From positions 1-12,049 of the forward strand of contig JAWLEP010000061.1 of NCBI GenBank assembly GCA_041686025.1: DNA of 12,049 nucleotides, read 5' to 3'. This document shows, piece after piece, positions 7,775 through 12,049 of this stretch (positions are counted from its first letter, which is position 1; the number at the start of each line of letters is the position of its first letter). The notes below the pieces were generated by a model. The model saw only the letters and a program-made list of their open reading frames with translations, did no database searches and was not told the DNA's origin. The stretch is from Candidatus Fermentibacteraceae bacterium. Lineage in GTDB: Bacteria; Fermentibacterota; Fermentibacteria; Fermentibacterales; JCC-6. The translations under genes were made by a program, and so were the position numbers.

Positions 7775-8658
7775 AGGCCCTGGTCTCCACCGCTCCCCTG
7801 GCCGAGGCGTCCTGGCTCTATGCCCTGGGACCGAATCCGCCCCTGCTGGACTCCACCGTCGTGGAGGACTTCCTCGCCCATCTCTCCGATATTGGCGTGA
7901 GGGAGGTGGCCGCTCCCGAGAACGACCCCCTCCACCGCCTTCTCCCCGGCGCCGCCGGCCTCGTGCCGGACCTGAAGCCGGGGCCCGGGGAGCCGGTCCT
8001 GGTGGCTCTGATCACCGGTCCGGCACGGATGGACCCTGACGGCCTCCGGCGGTCTCTCCGCGAGTCGGGGGCCCGGCGGCTGATGGTACTCTCCGCCGCC
8101 GGGGGCCGCTCCTCGCTGCCCCGGGTGGCCCTCAATCCCGCCGGCAGTCCCTGCCTGGTCCAGGACCCGAACCACCCCGAGCCCGTGACCAACCTCAGGG
8201 ACACCGGCCTGAGGATGGCCCGGGGCACCGACGCCGTAGATGTGCTGCGGGCGGGTCTGGGACGCCCGGGCCTCAGCGCAGGCGACGGCATCCTTGCCGA
8301 CACTACCTCCTGCGTCTACCACCGGGACATACTCTCGCCGGAGTCCTACCTGGTGTGCTGCCACGAGATGCTCACTGGCGCCGCCGGGGACTGGTACGGC
8401 CCTTCCGGGACAGCTCCGGGAAGCGTGATCCATTCCGATGCCGCTCTGGAGTCCGCGCCCGGCGGGAACGTATGGCTTGCCGAGGGCGTTTCGGTTGGCA
8501 AGGATACGACTCTGAGGAGGACCGTGGCCCTGCGGGGGGCGGATGTGGGAAGCGGCTGCCGTCTGGACAGCGTCCTCGTTCTTCCCGGGGCCCGGGTCCC
8601 AGACGGTGCCGACCTGTCCGACAAGTACCTGAGCATAATCGGAATGGAAGGTGGATGA
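7771..8658 (+). CDS. Degenerate NDP-sugar pyrophosphorylase (mannose/heptose-1-phosphate guanylyltransferase)-like protein with C-terminal left-handed beta-helix
   Basis: The real start is probably ATG 7771 (ATGA overlap with the upstream stop), giving 295 aa. MKALV start; L..L...GVREV; TNLRDTGL and YHRDILSPESYL correspond to the nucleotidyltransferase N.GxY and WxDIGTPExY segments; hexapeptide-like repeats VWLAEGVSVGKDTTLRRTVALRGADVGSGCRLDSVLV. Confidence 0.7.
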   Translation: MKALVSTAPLAEASWLYALGPNPPLLDSTVVEDFLAHLSDIGVREVAAPENDPLHRLLPGAAGLVPDLKPGPGEPVLVALITGPARMDPDGLRRSLRESGARRLMVLSAAGGRSSLPRVALNPAGSPCLVQDPNHPEPVTNLRDTGLRMARGTDAVDVLRAGLGRPGLSAGDGILADTTSCVYHRDILSPESYLVCCHEMLTGAAGDWYGPSGTAPGSVIHSDAALESAPGGNVWLAEGVSVGKDTTLRRTVALRGADVGSGCRLDSVLVLPGARVPDGADLSDKYLSIIGMEGG

Positions 8659-9221
8659 TCGAACGCATAAGGAGCTACCTGGACGGAATAAGCCGCCTGG
8701 TCCTGGAGGTCCCCCCCGAGGAGATCGACAGGGTCACGGGGGCCATAATCCGCGCCTACGAGGAGGACCGCTGCGTCTACGTGTTCGGCAACGGAGGGGG
8801 CTCCGCCACCTCCAGCCACTTCGTCTGCGACCTGGCCAAGGGAACGGCCACCGAGGGGAAGCCCCGGCTCCGCGCCCTCTCCCTGGCGCAGAACATCCCC
8901 CTGCTCACGGCCTGGGCCAACGACACCGACTACACCAACACCTTCGGCGAGCAGCTCCGCAACCTGGTCCGGCCCGGGGACGTGGTGATCGGCCTCTCCG
9001 GAAGCGGCATGAGCCCCAACGTGATAAACGCTCTGAAGCTGGCGGGCGACATGGGTGCGGTCTCCGTGCTTCTCAGCGGCTTCGAGGGGGGACGGGCCAG
9101 GGAGGTTGCCCAGATGTCCATCGTGGTGCCCAGCGACGACATGCAGAAGATAGAGGATGTGCACCTGATACTGGCGCACATAATCTTCCGCTGCGTTCGG
9201 GACCACATTCGGGAAGCCTAG
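8655..9221 (+). CDS. gmhA: GmhA-like SIS-domain phosphosugar (phosphoheptose) isomerase
   Basis: The real start is probably ATG 8655 (ATGA overlap, GGAAGGT upstream), giving 188 aa. Motifs FGNGG, LTAWANDxxY...F.EQL, GDVVIGLSGSGMSPNV, GFEGG and IEDVHLILAH. Confidence 0.82.
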   Translation: MIERIRSYLDGISRLVLEVPPEEIDRVTGAIIRAYEEDRCVYVFGNGGGSATSSHFVCDLAKGTATEGKPRLRALSLAQNIPLLTAWANDTDYTNTFGEQLRNLVRPGDVVIGLSGSGMSPNVINALKLAGDMGAVSVLLSGFEGGRAREVAQMSIVVPSDDMQKIEDVHLILAHIIFRCVRDHIREA

Positions 9222-9244
9222 CGCGGCCCCTCCGGACAACGGTA

Positions 9245-9347
9245 CAAAAAGGGGACGGAGGTATTTTAAGTCGGATATAATCCGTCGAACCCCGGGAACG
9301 CAGGCAGCATTTTATCCGCTGACTAAAATGCCTCCGTCCCCTTTTTG
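9245..9347. repeat. 103-bp long imperfect inverted repeat (REPIN/MITE-like; may also act as a bidirectional terminator)
   Basis: Left arm CAAAAAGGGGACGGAGGTATTTTAAGTC (9245-9272). The right arm (9321-9347) reverse-complements to CAAAAAGGGGACGGAGGCATTTTAGTC, with the outer 17 bp perfectly matched. It lies between two convergent stop codons. Confidence 0.9.
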
Positions 9348-9348
9348 G

Positions 9349-9765
9349 CTACTCGGGGGGCTGCCAGTCGTCGAAGTCGTCGCCCCCGCCGGCCAGTATC
9401 TCCTTCAGGGCGTCGCGGAACAGGTCCACCCGGTCGCGACTCTCCTCGGGGAACCGGTTCTTCCACAGCTGCCACGACCGGTCTATCTCGCTGGCCAGGG
9501 CGCTCTCCAGGTTGCCCTCCTCCCTGGCGCGCTCCACCATCTCCTTGTTGTAGACCACCATGTCGCTGGCCAGCACCCTCGCCAGTCTTCCGGCCCGGGC
9601 CACCGAGCTCTCCTCGCCGGCCGACGGCTTGGGCTTCTCCTTCTTGGGCGGGTGGACGATGAAGACCTCGGAGCACTCCCTGCAGCGCAGGCGCTTGGGG
9701 CTGTCTCCGATCTTCTCGTCACGGATGTGGTACTTCTTCCCGCAGCTCGGGCATGTGACAATCAT
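9349..9765 (-). CDS. MJ0042-type zinc-ribbon protein with a C-terminal helical, possibly RomX-like, domain
   Basis: 138 aa. MIVTCPSCGKKYHI.DEKI....KRLRCRECSEVF is a typical zinc_ribbon_4/MJ0042 finger, followed by a Pro/Lys linker and then RLARVLASDMVVYN...EGNL...LASEIDRSWQLWKNR...FRDALKEIL. ATGA overlap with the aminotransferase stop. Confidence 0.88.
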   Translation of the reverse strand: MIVTCPSCGKKYHIRDEKIGDSPKRLRCRECSEVFIVHPPKKEKPKPSAGEESSVARAGRLARVLASDMVVYNKEMVERAREEGNLESALASEIDRSWQLWKNRFPEESRDRVDLFRDALKEILAGGGDDFDDWQPPE

Positions 9766-10934
9766 AGCTTCCGTCCCCTGCGTATGAAGTTCCCCAGCTT
9801 ATCGATTCCTTTTCTTATGGTATCCTCGGAGGCAGCGAACGAGAGTCTTATGTAACCCTCGGCGCCGAAGGCGCTGCCGGGTATTATCGCCAGCCCCTCC
9901 TCCTCCAGCAGGGCCTCGCAGAACTCCGCCGTCCTTTCGGCAAGAGGATGGCGGGTCACCCTTGCGAATATATAGAAAGCTCCGGCCGGATTCACCGGTT
10001 CCAGCTCATCTATGGGCTCGATGAGAGCCAGGGCCAGGCTTCGCCGGGCCTCGAAGGCCTTCTGCATGCTGCGCCGCTCCTCCTCGGCACCCCCCTCCAC
10101 CACCGCCAGGGCCGCCCACTGGGAGATGGAGGTGGGATTGGAGGTGGTGTGGGCCTGTACCGTCGAGGCCAGCCGTATCCACTCCGGGTTCGCCATGGCG
10201 TAGCCTATTCTCCATCCGGTCATGGAGTAGGTCTTGGATACTCCCGTGACGAAAGCCCCCCGGCTCCACAGCTCGGGGGTAGAGGCCAGAACGGAGGGCG
10301 CCGACGGCATTCCGTAAACCAGGTCCTCGTATATGTCGTCGGATATGACCCACATCCCGGTCTCCGCAAGGGCGGCTCCCAGCTCCCGGGCCCGGGACTC
10401 GCCGTATACCGCTCCAGTGGGGTTTCCGGGGGAGTTGAGGATCACTCCCGCAATACCCCGGTCCGCGGCCATTCTGACGTCCCCGGGCGTTATCAGCATC
10501 TCGTCCGACCAGGCCTCCACGGGCTCGCCCCCGGCCTTGATCACCATCTCCGGGTAGCTCACCCAGTAGGGTCTGGGAATGAGCACCTCGTCGCCGCGGT
10601 TCACGGCCGCCGCCAGCAGGTTGGCTATGGAGTGCTTGGCCCCGCAGCTGATGAGCACGTTGCCGCTGTCCATCTCGATTCCGTGCCTGAGGGAGTAGGA
10701 GGAGGCCACAGCCTCCCGGAGCTCGGGTATGCCGGCGGCGGGCGTGTAGCCCGTCTTCCCCTCCATCATGGCCCTCTGCGCCGCCTCGATGGCGCAGCGG
10801 GGACTGGGGAAGTCCGGCTGCCCGGCGGACAGGGCCACCACGTCCCTGCCCTCCCGGGCCATGGCCTTGGCTCTGGCGGTTATCGAAAGCGTCGCCGAGG
10901 GCCTCATCCTCTCGGCTACTCTGGAGTACTCCAT
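9762..10934 (-). CDS. aspC: PLP-dependent aspartate aminotransferase, class I (subgroup Ib)
   Basis: The real start is probably ATG 10934 (MEYSRVAERMRPSATL), giving 390 aa. Motifs LSAGQPDF, YTPAAGIPELREA, GAKHS, PYWVSY, NSPGNPTG, SDDIY, SKTYSMTGWRIG (PLP Lys), GAFY and IRLSFA. Confidence 0.92.
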   Translation of the reverse strand: MEYSRVAERMRPSATLSITARAKAMAREGRDVVALSAGQPDFPSPRCAIEAAQRAMMEGKTGYTPAAGIPELREAVASSYSLRHGIEMDSGNVLISCGAKHSIANLLAAAVNRGDEVLIPRPYWVSYPEMVIKAGGEPVEAWSDEMLITPGDVRMAADRGIAGVILNSPGNPTGAVYGESRARELGAALAETGMWVISDDIYEDLVYGMPSAPSVLASTPELWSRGAFVTGVSKTYSMTGWRIGYAMANPEWIRLASTVQAHTTSNPTSISQWAALAVVEGGAEEERRSMQKAFEARRSLALALIEPIDELEPVNPAGAFYIFARVTRHPLAERTAEFCEALLEEEGLAIIPGSAFGAEGYIRLSFAASEDTIRKGIDKLGNFIRRGRKL

Positions 10935-10945
10935 GTCTTTCCCGT

Positions 10946-11452
10946 TCAGGTTCTGTCCGTCGGGGCCCCTTCGCCCATCCTCCGGCGCAGGGCACTCTCG
11001 ACCGACGGCATCACGAAGGAGGAGAGGTCCCCCCGATAGCGGGCGATCTCCCTCACCAGGGTCGACGATATGTACATGTTGTTCTCTGCAGGCATAAGGT
11101 ATATCCCCGTGATCTCCGGGGCCAGCCTGCGGTTCATCAGCTGCATCTGGAACTCGTACTCGAAATCGGATGTGGCCCGAAGGCCGCGGATGAACACCCG
11201 CAGGTTGCGGCGGCGCATGTACTCCACCAGAAGGCCGTCGAAGAGCGTTACCTCCACCCTGTCGTCCAGGCCGGCCTCCAGCACCGAGGACCGGGCCAGC
11301 GAAAGCCTCTCGTCGGCGCTGAAGCACATCTCCTTGCCGCCCTCCATCACCACCGCCAGCTCCAGGCCGTCGAATATCTCCGCCGCCCGCTCGACTATGT
11401 CCAGATGTCCCCTGGTGATGGGATCGAACGTGCCCGGGTAGAGGGCCATCAT
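10946..11452 (-). CDS. coaD: Phosphopantetheine adenylyltransferase
   Basis: Start at ATG 11452 (ATGA overlap with the rsmD stop), giving 168 aa. Motifs ALYPGTFDPITRGHLDI, IRGLRATSDFEYEFQM..MNR and ISSTLVREIA. Confidence 0.97.
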   Translation of the reverse strand: MMALYPGTFDPITRGHLDIVERAAEIFDGLELAVVMEGGKEMCFSADERLSLARSSVLEAGLDDRVEVTLFDGLLVEYMRRRNLRVFIRGLRATSDFEYEFQMQLMNRRLAPEITGIYLMPAENNMYISSTLVREIARYRGDLSSFVMPSVESALRRRMGEGAPTDRT

Positions 11453-11988
11453 CCTTGCTCTGCTTCCCTTCCGGTCTGCAGCTCGAACAGAAGAGTGCCG
11501 CCGTAGCTCCTCCGTCTCCAGCCCGGCATCTCCGTTCCCGGGCCGGCTTCCACGAATACCCTGCCCCCCGACTGCGCAATATCGCTCCAGGGCCGGCGGG
11601 CCAGCCATTCGTAGGCTGCGCCGTCGTCGTAGGGCGGGTCGGCGAAGACCAGGTCCGGCACGAAGCCGATCCCGTCCAGGCGCCTTCGAACGTCACCCCT
11701 TAGTATAAGGGCTCTGTCCAGGGCCCCCCTCTCCCGCAGAAAGCCGCGGATCAGGGAGCAGGCTTTGGGGTTGGTGTCTACGAAAGCCGCCCTTGCCGCG
11801 CCGCATCCCAGGGCCTCCAGCCCCATGGCCCCGCTGCCCGCGTAGAGGTCCCAGACCCTCCTTCCCTCCATCCATCCCGGGCCCAGGATGTCCAGAACGG
11901 CCTCCCTGACCCGCGAGGTGGTGGGCCTGCACTTGAAAGCGGGGCGGAGAACATGGCCCTTCCACGTTCCCCGCCCCAGCCGGATCAT
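11449..11988 (-). CDS. rsmD: 16S rRNA m2G966 methyltransferase RsmD family
   Basis: 179 aa. Motifs G..KG..L, RPTTSRVREA, DLYAGSGAMGLEAL..GA, FADPPY and YG.T; typical rsmD-coaD gene pair. Confidence 0.93.
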   Translation of the reverse strand: MIRLGRGTWKGHVLRPAFKCRPTTSRVREAVLDILGPGWMEGRRVWDLYAGSGAMGLEALGCGAARAAFVDTNPKACSLIRGFLRERGALDRALILRGDVRRRLDGIGFVPDLVFADPPYDDGAAYEWLARRPWSDIAQSGGRVFVEAGPGTEMPGWRRRSYGGTLLFELQTGREAEQG

Positions 11989-11995
11989 CCCGCCT

Positions 11996-12049
11996 CTAGT
12001 AGGGGCGGATAATGTGCGGCGTTACGAATATCACCAGCTCGGTCTGGTC
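11996..12049 (-). CDS. C-terminal end of a probable outer-membrane secretin (PilQ/GspD/RcpA family); truncated by the window edge
   Basis: Not in the ORF track. Manual translation gives DQTELVIFVTPHIIRPY-stop, matching the secretin terminal strand motif (T/R)ELxIFxTPxII. The stop is 7 nt upstream of the rsmD ATG. Only 17 residues are visible. Confidence 0.72.
   Translation of the reverse strand, partial: DQTELVIFVTPHIIRPY

Noticed and set aside
7420..8654. Upstream extensions of the NTase-like (from 7420) and GmhA-like (from 8355) ORFs
   Set aside because: They overlap the preceding genes. ATGA-coupled starts at 7771 and 8655 match the family N-termini.
9245..9347. CRISPR repeat or tRNA interpretation of the hairpin element
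   Set aside because: There are only two arms in inverted orientation, no repeat-spacer periodicity, no cas genes and no cloverleaf or T-loop motif.
10935..11696. 254-aa N-terminal extension making a 644-aa aminotransferase fusion
   Set aside because: The extension overlaps coaD and rsmD in other frames and is low-complexity G/P/R-rich. The aminotransferase homology begins at ATG 10934.

Overview
GC-rich bacterial chromosomal window of mostly housekeeping and envelope genes in three blocks. (1) A minus-strand run: FCB-type sigma-70 lacking region 1.1, M23 peptidase, DUF523/TudS-like Fe-S protein, SAM methyltransferase, secreted tricorn-like S41 protease, then a separately promoted isocitrate/isopropylmalate-family dehydrogenase running off the left edge. 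(2) A divergent plus-strand three-gene unit: Zn-ribbon methyltransferase, degenerate sugar-nucleotidyltransferase-like protein and GmhA-like isomerase. (3) A minus-strand run entering from the right edge: the last 17 codons of a probable secretin (missed by the ORF track), rsmD, coaD, aspartate aminotransferase, and a small MJ0042-type zinc-ribbon protein whose C-terminal domain resembles, from my recall of the family, the Myxococcus polarity factor RomX. A 103-bp long inverted repeat (REPIN/MITE-like) sits between the convergent blocks 2 and 3. Four sigma-70-type promoter candidates are visible. I found no CRISPR array, tRNA, rRNA or transposase. The best candidate for an undescribed system is the zinc-ribbon/RomX-like fusion at the end of a secretin-containing operon. 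This is an inference that needs a profile search.
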